Shown here piece by piece: positions 50,865 to 63,165 of a stretch of DNA of 64,000 nt. Below the pieces are notes generated by a model. The model saw only the letters and a list, made by a program, of their open reading frames with translations, was not told the origin of the DNA and made no database searches. A program made the translations under genes and the position numbers. Position 1 is the first letter of the stretch, and the number at the start of each line of letters is the position of its first letter. The DNA is from Phoronis australis (lineage: Eukaryota > Animalia > Phoronida): contig NMRA01000183.1 of the NCBI GenBank assembly GCA_002633005.1, positions 225,191 to 289,190 of the forward strand. The letters are read 5' to 3'.

Positions 50865-51183
50865 GATTTCACCTGTACAATACACGCCACATGGGCCTCT
50901 CGCAGAAAAATCTCTTCTTTGTATATGTAATCGTATGCTTGTTACCAACGAAACCGAACTGACTAACTCTGTATGGGTTACTTTAAAGAAGATGGGACTG
51001 AAATCATTATGTGTCTTGGTACCGAAAAATGAAGAGAATAGTTACTGGTGTGCAAAGATGAAGTTCTTAGGAATCATTGACGAGTACAACGACGAAGGTT
51101 TGATTCACGAGAAGGAGGATGACCGACCGGTGGAAGAAATCAGCGCTAGCATTATCGAGTGGTTGAAAAAGAGATATATCAAA
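50865..51183 (+). CDS. Carnosine synthase 1-like ATP-grasp ligase, exon (first one identified; upstream exon not found)
   Basis: Acceptor tttcattttag, donor AAA|gtaact (phase 0). GPLAEKSLLCI..VWVTLKKMGLK..HEKEDD..ISASIIEWL resembles the CARNS1 pre-ATP-grasp region. Confidence 0.7.
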
Positions 51184-51282
51184 GTAACTATCTTTTTAAG
51201 GACCAAAATTACATTAACTGGTGTAAATTATTAGCAGTATTGTTAAGAACCGGGAATAAATGCGTCCAGTTCATGCAATAAT

Positions 51283-52008
51283 CAGTGGCGGATCTAGGAT
51301 ATCACAAGGGGGGCCCAACATTTTGTCCGGCTGTAAGCATTCACGCTAACCACGATTGTAGATGCGTTTGCGCGCGAAACCTACTTCTTTTTGTAATGCT
51401 TATTACATGTTTTATATTTTGTGCAATCGGTTCTTAACAGATTTGCTGTATTTAAAATAGTCTTCAAATGCCCAAAAGATCAAATCCGTTTTTCGTGTTG
51501 GCAATAATGACGGGATTGCTTTGGAAATCGTCTTAAGTTAAGGTTTGACAAAGAGAGAATTATGAGTTTCTGAGTGATTCACTAAGGCTTCGATTATAAT
51601 TCACATCTTCCCAACAGCTTCTGTTTTTTCATCGTCACTCAGGTTCCATTTTCTTTAAAAAATAAAGTCAATTTTCTTCATAGCACAGTGGAGCTGACGA
51701 CGGAAACGGGGTCGTAGTGCGCAGCACCACTGCCGGTCGCCTGGGATATCGCGGTAGAGCCTATATTTAGCCATAGTTCCGTTACGAATGCGCCGTGTTC
51801 CAAATTTGACACTTGGAATTGGATCTGAGCCCCCCCAAAAAAATACTAAAACTGCACACATTTCAATCTTGTTTCATCCGTATAATTTTAATTACCGGGG
51901 TTAATTAATAAACTCAACATTTCCCTACGCTCTTGCTATTTTATTTTTTTTGCGGCAGCCAAGAGGGGGGGGGAGCGGGCCCCCCTGCCCCTCCTAAATC
52001 CGCCTATG
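51283..52008. mobile_element. CA..TG MITE with 5-bp TSD (ATAAT), intronic
   Basis: ataat|CAGTGGCGGATCTAG ... CTAAATCCGCCTATG|ataat. Confidence 0.75.
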
Positions 52009-52719
52009 ATAATTTGCAAGACATTTTAACTCTCATGAACTGTATACTCTCCGCATCTTGGTCCGCTTTGATACATATTCTTTTTGACCTTTTTGTTCGT
52101 AGCAAAAATATGCTATATTGCCGTTGGCTCAGAAGCTACTATAACTATTATCTTTAGCATTACAGTTGATATCTTGCCTAACAGTGGTTAACATTTTAAT
52201 GCCATGCGCAATGTATTATACGCTGTACGTGTATTTTAAAAGTTGAACATATCCTGTGGCAACAATGATGGCATCAATGGGTTTGTTTGGATCTTAAATT
52301 AACTGAATCCATTAAAGAGTACCTCAATTGTTTCTTAGTTACCCGAAACATATTTTGAAATTAAATCTCAATTGATGAATAAAATCTAGCAGAACAAGTA
52401 ATGTAAGAAGCGCTCCTTTCACTGTCTATAAACAAAATTTTCAGTTACCTGGTCACTCAAAAATGATCGTTCCGTAATCGCATTGTTTAATCTGTCTTGC
52501 ATTGAGAATAAGCGACAGGTCTTTATTGATTTAGACAAAACCTATTAAATTTCTAAAGAACTTAGTTTCAGTCTCAGTTTCAATGGAGAATAACGGTGTG
52601 TTAAAACCAATTTTAATTAATTAAACAAAGGATGCGAACGTTATGTGACCGTGCAGAAAGCCAGAACGTGGTTTGCAGAGGACATAAATGACTAATCTGC
52701 TAATGCTTTCTACCGGTAG

Positions 52720-52878
52720 GTGAACGCGGGCTGCTTCTTTGGTGACTTCTCAAGTATGGTCGGAGCTTACCTATGTGAAGAACTTGGTATTCCTGGGGAT
52801 AGCTACGAGAGCAAGAGGGTGGCTTATTTGAAAGACGCTACTCAGGAACATGTGCTTAATAATCCCCAAACTGCAAAG
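52720..52878 (+). CDS. Carnosine synthase 1-like ATP-grasp ligase, exon
   Basis: tag|GTG ... AAG|gtgaga, phase 0/0. VNAGCFFGDF..AYLCEELGIPGDS..VAYLKDATQ resembles DGC.TFW.DC..LGL.G..AK.K..T. Confidence 0.8.
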
Positions 52879-53096
52879 GTGAGATTTTTTAAAGAATCGA
52901 CGAAGCACAATACAGAACTACAGTACTGTAGAGTTTTGAGAATTTTTTATAAAAATCGGTTTTGCAATTGTCTTTTGGGACGGGTTGTTACGGCACTTCC
53001 ATGTTAATATTTACTGCACATTCAAGATATTTGGAACTTTTAGGCTTATATCACTAATATTTTCACTATTCAGGGAGTCTAGTATGTTTGCACTAG

Positions 53097-53342
53097 GATC
53101 TCATTCCACCATTACACCGTTATGAGCGTAGGAAGCATCATTGTGGAATGTCTGTTGGGGGGAGGGGGGGGGGGGTAAAATANCTAGCGTTTCCTGTAGT
53201 CATGAAGCCCGCCTGCGGAAGTGGCGCTGTTGGCTGCAAGATTATGTACAACAAAACTGATTCATTAGATTTCTTCAACCAACTGTCCAGCGGCATGGCG
53301 TGTGGCACCGCAACATGTGAAAAAATTGCGTATTCTCAGTCG
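53097..53342 (+). CDS. Carnosine synthase 1-like ATP-grasp ligase, exon(s); 5' part unresolved (G-run and single n at 53183)
   Basis: FPVVMKPACGSGAVGCK is the ATP-grasp lysine/Gly loop. Donor TCG|gtaagc is phase 0. cactag|GAT at 53097 is in the same frame. Could be two exons separated by a collapsed gap. Confidence 0.65.
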
Positions 53343-53480
53343 GTAAGCTTTGTTTTTTAAAAGCATTTTCAACTCTGCAGTTAAGTTCAACGTAACACTA
53401 TACCGTTAGTTTTACTGTACTTGACCAGTTAAATCCCAGCTACCAATTTATAGATCAGATTATGTTGTTTCCACAGATCC

Positions 53481-56400
53481 TTATTAAGCGCCCACATTTT
53501 GATATGAGGACGCATTATGCCATCGTCCATGTTCGTCCGACGTCCGTACGGCGTCCGCCCGGAGCCGGTGTCCGCTGCTACATCTCCAAAAACTTTTGAC
53601 ATGTGTTCATGAAATTTTGCACGTGTTCCTTTCAAAGGTGGGACGGCATGAGCAACCATTCGGACGGGTCCGACTACCGGTGTGCCCCTTAGTGGCAATT
53701 TTAATTTTTTACGTAATACTTCTGTATCTTCAAAGGTCCTCAACGAATTTCATAAAAATTGGCATACACGCATCTGTTAGTAAGGTGACGCTATCTTTCC
53801 GTTTTCGGATGGATTGGAGGTATTTTGCGCCAACTAGTGGCTATTTTTTACTGTTTTCAAGAGTGTTTTTGGCGTCCGCCCCTCTATCAACCAAACCGAT
53901 ATAAGAATGATTGTGAAAATTTGCATGTACATGTATGTTGTTACTATATAGAAGACGGCTGACGATGATTTTCCGACGACTTCGAGTACTGTGGGGCCTT
54001 ACACATGTGTAGTGGCACTTTAGTTTTGTTTTGCTGCCATGGCTGTATCTCCTAAACCCTCTGCAGGATCTTTACTAAATTTAGCAAATGTATTCACATC
54101 AAGTTGACAACGGAAGACGACGACTTTCGGACAGATCTGACTACCGGCATGCCTCCTTTTTTATTGTGATATTTAAAATGAGGGTGGCCTCTTCAGTGAT
54201 AGCACTGCTTTCCAAGAGGGCCCTCAACAAGAAAAACAGTAATATAATACAATGAAGTAATAAAGCAACAATGAAATATACGTAACAAAGATACAATTAA
54301 AACAGTTAAGGTTGATAATTAATACAATAACTAAATGACAAATAATGGTAAAAAATTAACTAAGACAGATGAAATAAATTAAGAGATGACTCTAGACAAT
54401 TAAGAGTATTTACGACAATGAAAAAAATGACATGATTAAGACAGGCAGGGTATAAAAGGTTAAGTAAATTACAGCCACTTTCTAACATTAACTTTAAAGG
54501 TAGTAATTGAATAGGACCGTTTAATTTCTGGGCTAAAAGAATTCCATATTATAGCAGCTGCATAGATAAAAGATCTCTTGCCCGTCACGGTTTTACTTTT
54601 TTTAGAAGAAACATTGCCAACAACAGAAGAACGTGTAGAATAAACAGCCTGACTGCTATTGAATTTACTGCTAAGATATGCAGGAGCCAAGCCATTGATA
54701 CATCTGTATATACAACAGGCAGAGAGATATTTATTACTTTGTCTTACTTTCATAAATCCCAGCTTGGAGTACAAGTCGTCAACCCTAGTGTCCCTAATTT
54801 TAGTACCCAGGATAGCCCTGGCGGCTCTATTTTGGATTACTTGGACTTTGTTTACAAGTGTGTCACTAGTGTGCCCCCAAACCGGTAAACAATAATCAAT
54901 ATGAGGCTGAATAATNNNNNNNNNNNNNNNNNNNNNNNNNNNNNNNNNNNNNNNNNNNNNNNNNNNNNNNNNNNNNNNNNNNNNNNNNNNNNNNNNNNNN
55001 NNNNNNNNNNNNNNNNNNNNNNNNNNNNNNNNNNNNNNNNNNNNNNNNNNNNNNNNNNNNNNNNNNNNNNNNNNNNNNNNNNNNNNNNNNNNNNNNNNNN
55101 NNNNNNNNNNNNNNNNNNNNNNNNNNNNNNNNNNNNNNNNNNNNNNNNNNNNNNNNNNNNNNNNNNNNNNNNNNNNNNGAAACCTAGGGCGACAAGTCTT
55201 ATACGCTGTGAATACAAGATTATGATCACTAATCCCAATGGGTATACTATCAAATGTAAAAACTTTGTCAACGTTTGATACAAGAATAAGATCAAGGCAT
55301 GTGGAAGTTTTGTCGGTAACCCTTGTGGGCACGTTAATAGTATTCTTCATACCCAGCTCTCGTTCCCATGCCCTAATCTTACTCACTGTCTTCTTACACA
55401 ATACATCATAATTAAAATCACCAGTAACAATAAAATCTTTGCTAGTGTGAGCTTGATTATGAACAATATTTTTTAAATAATCAGTCAAATTTTCTGTGTA
55501 TTCTGCGTTTGCAGAGGGTGGTCTGTAGACTGAACCTATAATCAAATTCTTCGATTTAGGAATATCAATCTCAACCCAGAGCGACTCCACCTGTTCGTCA
55601 TGGTGCTGGAGCTGACGGCTAGTTAGTCCTTCTTTCGTGTAGATGGCAACACCACCACCTGTCCTGTTACGGTCGTTCCTATTCAATTCAAAGCCGTCGA
55701 TGGCGATCTCAAAATCATCGATGATAGAAGAGAGCCGTGTTTCATTCAAGCAAAGAATATCGATGGGTTTTTGACTCATAATAAAACGCAGATCATCAAT
55801 TCGGTCAGTTAGCGACACTATATTAAGGTGTCCAATACGGAGACCTTTTGTGTATTTTAAATCAGATAGAATATCGGTACCATCTTCACTCAGGATACTG
55901 CCAGAGATTGACGGGGATGATTCATTAATGTTCTCGGTTGAGAACAACGAGTCACTAAAATTTAAAAAAATAGGGAAACCATTGAGAGCCGGGACGTGGT
56001 CTGGTTGGAGCCACCTTTCCGTGGTTGCAGCTATGTCATCTTTCTGTCCAGGACCGTAAAGAACCTCACTGTTATTGGTAACAGATTCAGTGACTAAGGG
56101 GAGTCCCACATTAAAAGCCTCATGCCAGTCAATTACATTGTCATGGTGCATCTCTGGTTGGAAACATGGATAGACATAATGCGGGAAACAATGCAATTGT
56201 CCCAATTACATAGCAGTAGCAATGCAGTGGGTTATCACCTGTTGAGTTCTGTTCAGCTGAATGCTGCACCTTGAATAGCAACCAGGAATATCCTTGGGAA
56301 GGGTACACAGCAGGATATCGGTATGGCAGCAAAAATTTTCATCGATACTCACAAAGTTCAGCGACAAAATACAGTAAAACCACAAAACACAGTTCTGTGG

Positions 56401-57223
56401 CAGTCCACTCATCAGATCCTTCGACATTAAAGCTTTCTTTGGAACCCAAATATACATCAATCAGAACGGTTATGACTTTGCAATTCTCTTGAAACACGGA
56501 GAAATTAACAGCACGTTACAGGTCACAGGACGTACAAGCCTAATCCTAGTGGCAAGTTTAGTTTTTTTCGTTTACTTCTGTATCTTTGACGGTTAACGAT
56601 TTCCATAAAATTTGGACTATAGACATCTATTAGTGAGACGGCGATATCCTTCCGTTTTCGGTTGGTTTTGAGGTATTTTGCGCCCCCTAGTTACCGTTTT
56701 TGCTGTTTTCGTGTCTGTTTTTGGCGTCTGCCCCTCTATCAACCAAACAATTATAAAGATGATTTTGAAAATTGGCGTATGTGTTCTCAGTGTGAAGAGG
56801 ACGGTTGTCGTTGACCAATTCTACTACTGTGGCGCCTTCTTGTGGCAGTTTTGTTTTGTTTTTCCCTAATATCTGTATCTCCTAAACCCACTGCAGAATC
56901 TTTTTGAATTTAGTAAGTGTATTTATTTGGATTTAACAACAGAAGACGACGAATTTCAGACGGATCCGACCAACGCTGTGCCCCTTAGTGGTAATTTCAT
57001 TTTTTCATTTTTCCTTTGTTTCTCTAAGTCTCTTGACAGATTTTTGTGAAATTTGTTAATTAGCTATCTATTTAAGAAACAATGGCATGTTCCCGATTTC
57101 GGATAGATTCTACTAAATTTGCGCCTTCTATTGGCCATATTTATGATACAAATAAACAACCCTAAAAGCAAACGGTTTGTTGGGCATTCGTGGGTGCATT
57201 TCAATGCTCCATGTTGCTCTTGT
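53481..57223 (+). mobile_element. Helentron-associated (HINE/DINE-1-like) non-autonomous element split by a LINE
   Basis: Starts ttattaagcgccca, then a (gtcc)-type microsatellite and internal tandem units (atctcc..aac..gaaattt.., cgactaccgg..cccttagtggcaat). Ends tgggcatt + hairpin ggtgcatt-tc-aatgctcc + ctcttgt. Confidence 0.65.
54158..56543 (-). mobile_element. L2/Crack-type LINE retrotransposon (APE endonuclease and ORF2 C-terminus; RT core in the gap or deleted)
   Basis: ORF 54469-56205: HLNIVSL, LCLNETRL, RNDRNRTGGGVAIY, VYRPP, GDFN, PTRVT, SDHNLV; C-terminal PHIDYC..VWG, QNRAARAI, APAYL, GKRSF. 3' stem-loop gagggccctctt..aagaggccaccctc followed by AATAAA. TCCT duplicated at 54154-54157 and 56544-56547. 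Confidence 0.92.
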
Positions 57224-57384
57224 ATTAGGATAAACAGGTGAAGTGGTCACTCTTGAGGACTGGGAATTATTCTTTGCATCACGGGTAGACTTTATATATA
57301 TAAGTAATTTTATTTTTTGTAAATCTTATGCCATTTTGGATTTCGTCCAGTATGTACGAGTACAGTGAATCATTTCTGCGCTAG

Positions 57385-58083
57385 GTAATTGTAATGGAAT
57401 ACCTGCAAGGTATCAAATATGAAGTCGAATTGGTGATGTCGAAAGGGAGACTCGTCGGCGGATCAGTTGGACAAAGAGGCGCCGCCCCTCTTCCGTACTT
57501 TTGGGACACTTCTTACGTTACACCAGGTGGCGATTCGGACAAGGAACGTGCAGACTTAATTGAAGCTTCGTATCAGTGCTCCCTAGCCCTGGGCCTCCAT
57601 CAAGGCGTCTACAACGTCGAATTCATCCGCAAGAACGGTGACGCAATACCTAAGTTACTTGAAATCAACCCTCGTCCTGGTTGTGGCTCTGTGAATGATT
57701 TAGTTAAGACTGTGTACGGTTATGATAATCGGGTTGTACATGCACTGCTTTGCTGCGGCATTGATCTTGATCCTGAACAAGTGAAGTTTGAGCCCAGAAT
57801 GCACGCAGCTAGGTATTACTTTGACGTACACAGAAACAGGGAGCGACTGAATACGGCTTATGGTCACATGTTATCGAATGCTAGACGTTACGGTGTCAGA
57901 ATGGTAAACTTAGAATCGAAAACGATTGCAGAATTGATGTTCGAAAATTCCCACGAATTTTGCGCAGTACTAGCAGTGGTGACTTCCGGTGAGACTAGGG
58001 CCAAAGCGACCACAAAACTGTGTCGGTTTCTCGTTGATTCAAAGTACTTTGATAGCATGGAGGAAGCCCTGCAACAATTTTGA
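57385..58083 (+). CDS. Carnosine synthase 1-like ATP-grasp ligase, terminal exon
   Basis: ctag|GTA ATT GTA ATG, phase 0. MEYLQG..VELVMSKGRL..PYF..QCSLALGL.QGVYNVEF..LLEINPRPG..VYGYD matches the CARNS1 C-terminal ATP-grasp. AATAAA at 58435. Confidence 0.88.
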   Translation, partial: VIVMEYLQGIKYEVELVMSKGRLVGGSVGQRGAAPLPYFWDTSYVTPGGDSDKERADLIEASYQCSLALGLHQGVYNVEFIRKNGDAIPKLLEINPRPGCGSVNDLVKTVYGYDNRVVHALLCCGIDLDPEQVKFEPRMHAARYYFDVHRNRERLNTAYGHMLSNARRYGVRMVNLESKTIAELMFENSHEFCAVLAVVTSGETRAKATTKLCRFLVDSKYFDSMEEALQQF

Positions 58084-59162
58084 AAGAACATTTTCCCAGA
58101 TTATAAATATTTTCCTGGGTAGGCAGACCCCAGTATGGCCATAAGGGATCTAGGTGCTTAAAATACTCGGTGATGGATCAGTTTTCTCGGGCTCGGTTAT
58201 TCTTTTAACTTTAATCACTAAATTAATACAGTGTGACAGTCGATTTATATGAATATGAAATGGTGACAGGGAATACTGAAACGTGTAAACGTTTACAGGG
58301 ATAGTGGAATATATAAATTATGCGATCTTGTAGTCTCCTCGGCTATGCTGATTAAATATCTTCCTATTATAAACACATAAAGCCAATCGATTATGATATA
58401 GGCCCAGCTATAATACTTGCTCCAAAAAGTTGATAATAAAATGTTGTTTACGGCATAGTTTTCCTTAGAAATTTATTATGTGTGGTTAGAAGAACAAAAC
58501 TGTATTTTCTATAATTCAAGATGTCCGCATCCGTCATCCTGATTTCTGACCAATCTTTCTATATTGGCTAACTTGATCCTGCGTTGTGTCCTTTCTAATG
58601 TTTTGTGGGACAAAGAGTTTATTTCTGGTATTACCATTTGATGCTTTCTGAGATTGAATAAAGTTAAGGTTATAGGATCGCTATATACATGTAGATGAGG
58701 TGTCAACAGCTAGCACACGCCACGGACTATTGACAGCAGTTCACACACGTTGCAATATCAATAAATGTCGCTATATTGAGCATCCCTCATGAAAAACAAA
58801 TTGAGCATTCATTTTATTCATGTCTTGTTATGCTGGTGCGATTAGGTCCAATTGATATTCAAATTCAAAACACTAGATATATTTGATAACATGTCGAGCA
58901 TTCCCTATTTTAAACGAGATGTACAGTGTACACAGACAGTAAATCCTTGAGGCCCTTATAATTAAATTTGAACCTTTCAATTCATTCACAAAACAATAGT
59001 ACATCTATCGATTTATCTTCATACATGTACAAGTATGCGTTATCCTCCGCTTTGACTTAACCCGGATGCATTGGCCTTTAACTCTGTTCGTGGTATAGTC
59101 TAATATCTACATGTACATGTACAATGTGTAGGTGGGAGTATCTCACCATATAGGAGCACTTA

Positions 59163-61808
59163 CAGCCGATTTTATAAAGGTGGTTTAACAAAATCAGGTT
59201 AAGACTTAAACCTGGTCTTCCTAAGCCTGGTCTAATTTTGTACCTAACTTGCATTTCACCAACGTTGTTTCAATGTCTGAAAGCCTGGTTTTGTTAGACC
59301 GGAGAGCCGGTTTAGCAAAACCATGTTTAAAGTAGCTAAGTAACCCTGCTGTGTCGATCTGGATTAACCCAACAAAGAAACTATTGAAATGCTTCAATGA
59401 AACCTTGATCACGTGGGTATACAATGGCACATACACACTAGTAGAATCAGTGAAGATATTTGCGAAAAAGATCTAAAAGCTTTTCTCAAGAGGAAAAATG
59501 TAATGTCTGTGCTCAAAACACGTACACATAAAGTACATGCTCACGATTAGCCGCAACATGATGAATGTCCAAACTTATTTCCGTGCCATTTTAGTGTTTA
59601 ACTTTATTTTTCGAGGCCAAAGGGGGAGGGGCAAGACCCCTTCCCGGTAAGATTGAATTGGAGACCAATGGAGGTGGAACTCAGAAGAATCAGAAGATGC
59701 TGTCTTCAGTCAAACCCGTAGCGCTTACGACCACGGCGACGCCCTGATCGACCAGTCGTATTCTGAGGAATCCGCAGGACACCATGCAGCACGTACGGGT
59801 ATACACATAGGCGGATCCAAGGGGGTTAAGGGGTCCGGACCCCCTTTTCCCTTTAACTTAGTGATATCAAATCTACAATTTTCAAATTGTTGACTTGGTC
59901 CCCCCTTTAAAAAGTCCATGACCAACTCCCGCTTAAAATTGTGGACCCGTCCCTGCTACGTTTGATCTTGTGTCATCGTAAAACTGAATATTGAAAATAG
60001 TGCATTTTGGCTCTAAAACTGCGTCGTAATTGCACACGGCGGCATCATCCAGTTGCGCCAAAATCATGCAAGTCTGTCATAAATAACAGTTAAACCTGGG
60101 TCTGACCAAGTCTAAAGTTAAACCTGGTTTAAGATCTTAATACAGATCTAAAGAATATAGACCTACTGTAGTTGGTGAAATGAATACTAACTTAGACCAG
60201 GTATAAACTGGAGTTAAACCAGGTTTTACTAGACCACTGGTCTAAAAGTTAAGCCACCTTTATGAAATGTAAATTATCTTTAAACCTGGTCTAAGTCCAA
60301 TTAAAAACAGGTTTTAGACTAAAACCTGGTATTCCTAAACCTGGTCTAAATTTAGACCTGATTTGCATTTCACCAACATGGTTTAAAAGTCTGAGAGCCT
60401 GGTTTTGTTAGACCATGAACCGAGATTAGTAAAATGAGGTTTAAAGTATCCAAGCCTCCCTACTGTGTTGATCCGGATTAACTCAACAAAGAAACTATTG
60501 AAGTGCTTCAATGAAACCTTGATCACGTGGGTACACAATGGCACACAACAGTAGAATCAGTGCAGACAATTGCGAAAAAGGGCTAAAAGCTTTTCTCATA
60601 ATGAAAAAATGTTCCCTCCCATAACTGATCAGAGAAAAAGCTAATGTTATAGTCGAGAATAAGAAAATTGGTGCCAAATCAACTCAACGTAAGCAGGATG
60701 CTTAGAGAGATATTGATCTATTATAAAGGCCAGAAATAAAATTTCTTCTGTGAAAAGTTTGCAAAGAAAAACGGCGAGTGACCCAATGGCAGATCTAGGT
60801 TAACATGAGGAGACATTTTTCATTTTGTATTGTCTGTGTCCAACACAAGCACACACATTAAAGTATTTGTTCACGATAGTAAATCCAACGTTTATTTCCG
60901 TGTCATTTTACTTTTTTGCGGCTTAGGGGGAGAACAGGGGCGGATACAGGATTTTGAGTTAGAGGGGCCAGGGCAGAGTATTATCCAGAATTTTACCCGT
61001 CAGGCGTTCGCACCCCTGAACCGCCAAATGTAATCTGGGAGAATTTTAAAGGGGCCATGACCCCCTTGTCCCCCTCTAAATCCGCCACTGGGGTAGGACC
61101 CCTGTTCGTTAACCTTATATCTGGGACCAATTGACATGGAACTCGGCCAGAATATTCATTAGGTGCCTTTTTAGTCATACGCGTAGCGCTTGCGACGATG
61201 ACGCTCTGCTCGAACCATCCTATTGTGAGAAAATACGATCACCCTTCGGTGCGTACTGTTCTACGTAAAGGCGGATCCAGGGGTTTAAGGGTCCTGACCC
61301 CTTTTTCCTTTGATTTTAGTGATATCATATCTATAATTTTAAAAATTGTTGACCCAGGCTCTCATTCTAAAAATCCTTGACCCGACCCCCCTCCCCATCA
61401 GAAATTCTTGGTCCCTCCCTTTTACGTTTGATCTTGTGTCGTCCTCAAACTGAATATTGAAAATAGTCGTTCTCGCTCTAAAACTGCGTCGTAAATGCAC
61501 ACCACAGCATCATTCAGTTGCACCCATATCGTACAAGTCTGCCATATTTAACAGTATTAAACCTGAGTATGACCAAGTCTAAAGAAAAACCTGGTTTAAG
61601 ATCTTAGTACAGGTCTAAGTAATACGTACCTCGTTGGTGATATGAAATCTGACTTAGACTAGGTCTATAAACTGGAGTTAAACCAGGTTTTACTAAACCA
61701 CTCGTCTAAAAGTTAAACCACCTTTATGAAATGCAGATTATCTTTAAACCTGGTCGAAGTCCAGTTTAAACCAGGTTTACCTTTAAACCACCTTTATGAA
61801 GACGGCTG
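59163..61808. mobile_element. PIF/Harbinger-type non-autonomous element with an internal tandem duplication and nested MITEs
   Basis: tta|CAGCCGATTTTATAAAGGTGGTTTAA ... TTAAACCACCTTTATGAAGACGGCTG|tta (3-bp TTA TSD). Two internal units (about 59200-60310 and 60320-61770) rich in aaacctggt motifs. Confidence 0.8.
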
Positions 61809-62169
61809 TTAGAGTCTTCCTCAGTACATACGGAAATGGACGTCTGCCGTCTGAGCTACCCACGGAATCTAGGTCACAAGCTCGTCCCATAGATATCGGT
61901 AGATAGGAGCATCTATTTTTCACTTTATTTTTTCTCTTATAATAAAGATAATGCTAAGCATTTACCGGTAACCGGTTAGTTTGCACCCAAGGTACGATAT
62001 CACTGAGTCCTGTATGGTTATATCCAACAAAGGAAAACAATGGCAGAGTCCCATAGACGATAACCATGCGACGCACTTGCGCCTGCCGCATGGATCTCTC
62101 AGGTTAAACAATAGCTTGCGACAATTATACAACGTCATTTGACATGGGTAAACGCTAATACATACGAGG

Positions 62170-63165
62170 TACTCGAAAATACAAAGTCGATATGATTCAG
62201 TTTATGTCCGTGATTACTGAATGCCCCATTACAGACAAAGTACACTCTGAGTTTTGGCCGCTAGATACCCCCAAAAATGCCAACCACCGTATGAAATTCC
62301 AAATTTGAGCTGGATTAAATATTCGAGGTACCAGCTAAAACTGAGTTAAAACAAACAATAGTACCACACTGAACACCAAATGAACCATGACAGACAAACT
62401 GCACTTTGGAAAGGGTCCGCCACAAATCAAAATGGGACCCCCATTGAAAAGTGATCTAGTTCATACATTCGAAGTACCACAAAAGACCAATTCCATGTGT
62501 TTCAATACATGTCACTGATCACTAAATGCGCCATGACAGACAAAATACACTCTGGGTTGTGCCCGTTATGTCAACCACGGTTTGCCATTGAAAATTTGAG
62601 CTAGTTAAGATATTCGAGGCACCAGCTAAAACTGATTTAAAACGGACAATAGTACAACACTGAACCCCAATTGACCCATGCCAGACAAAGTTTACTATGG
62701 AAAGGGTCCGCCAGAAACCAAAAATGTCCCCCAAAATGATCCAGCTCCTACATTCGAGGTACCACAAAAACAAATTTCATGTGAATGAAAATCTCTCACC
62801 GGTCAGAAATGTCCTATGAGACAAAATACACTTTGGGTTGTGCCCGCCAGAAATCCAAAAAATCTCAACCATGGTAGGCCATTGGAAATTTGAGCTACAC
62901 TAGATATTTGAGGTACCGTCTAAAACTGACTACAAAATCAGATTTAGAAAATCAACAATCGTGCCGCAATACACACTGAATGGCACATGACAGACAAAGC
63001 GTTCTCTGGAAAGGGTCCGACAGAAATTCAAAAAACCCTTCGAGATACCACTAGTATAAACAACTCTATGTGATTCATATAGAAGTTACTGGTTAGTTAA
63101 TGGCCTGTGGAAGACAAAGCCCACTCTGAGTTGTGCGTGCCAGCCCCAGAAAGCTCAACCACGTA
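62170..63165. repeat. Tandem repeat, about 290-300-bp unit, just over 3 diverged copies
   Basis: agacaaa.tacactctg.gttgtgc..aaatttgagct..tattcgaggtacc..taaaactga..ggaaagggtccg recurs at about 62230, 62540, 62820 and 63110. Confidence 0.8.

Noticed and set aside
56385-56422. Minus-strand CTGATGA-GTGG(ACTG)CCAC hammerhead-like string
   Set aside because: Followed by AGAAC rather than GAAA, with no stem I/III complementarity
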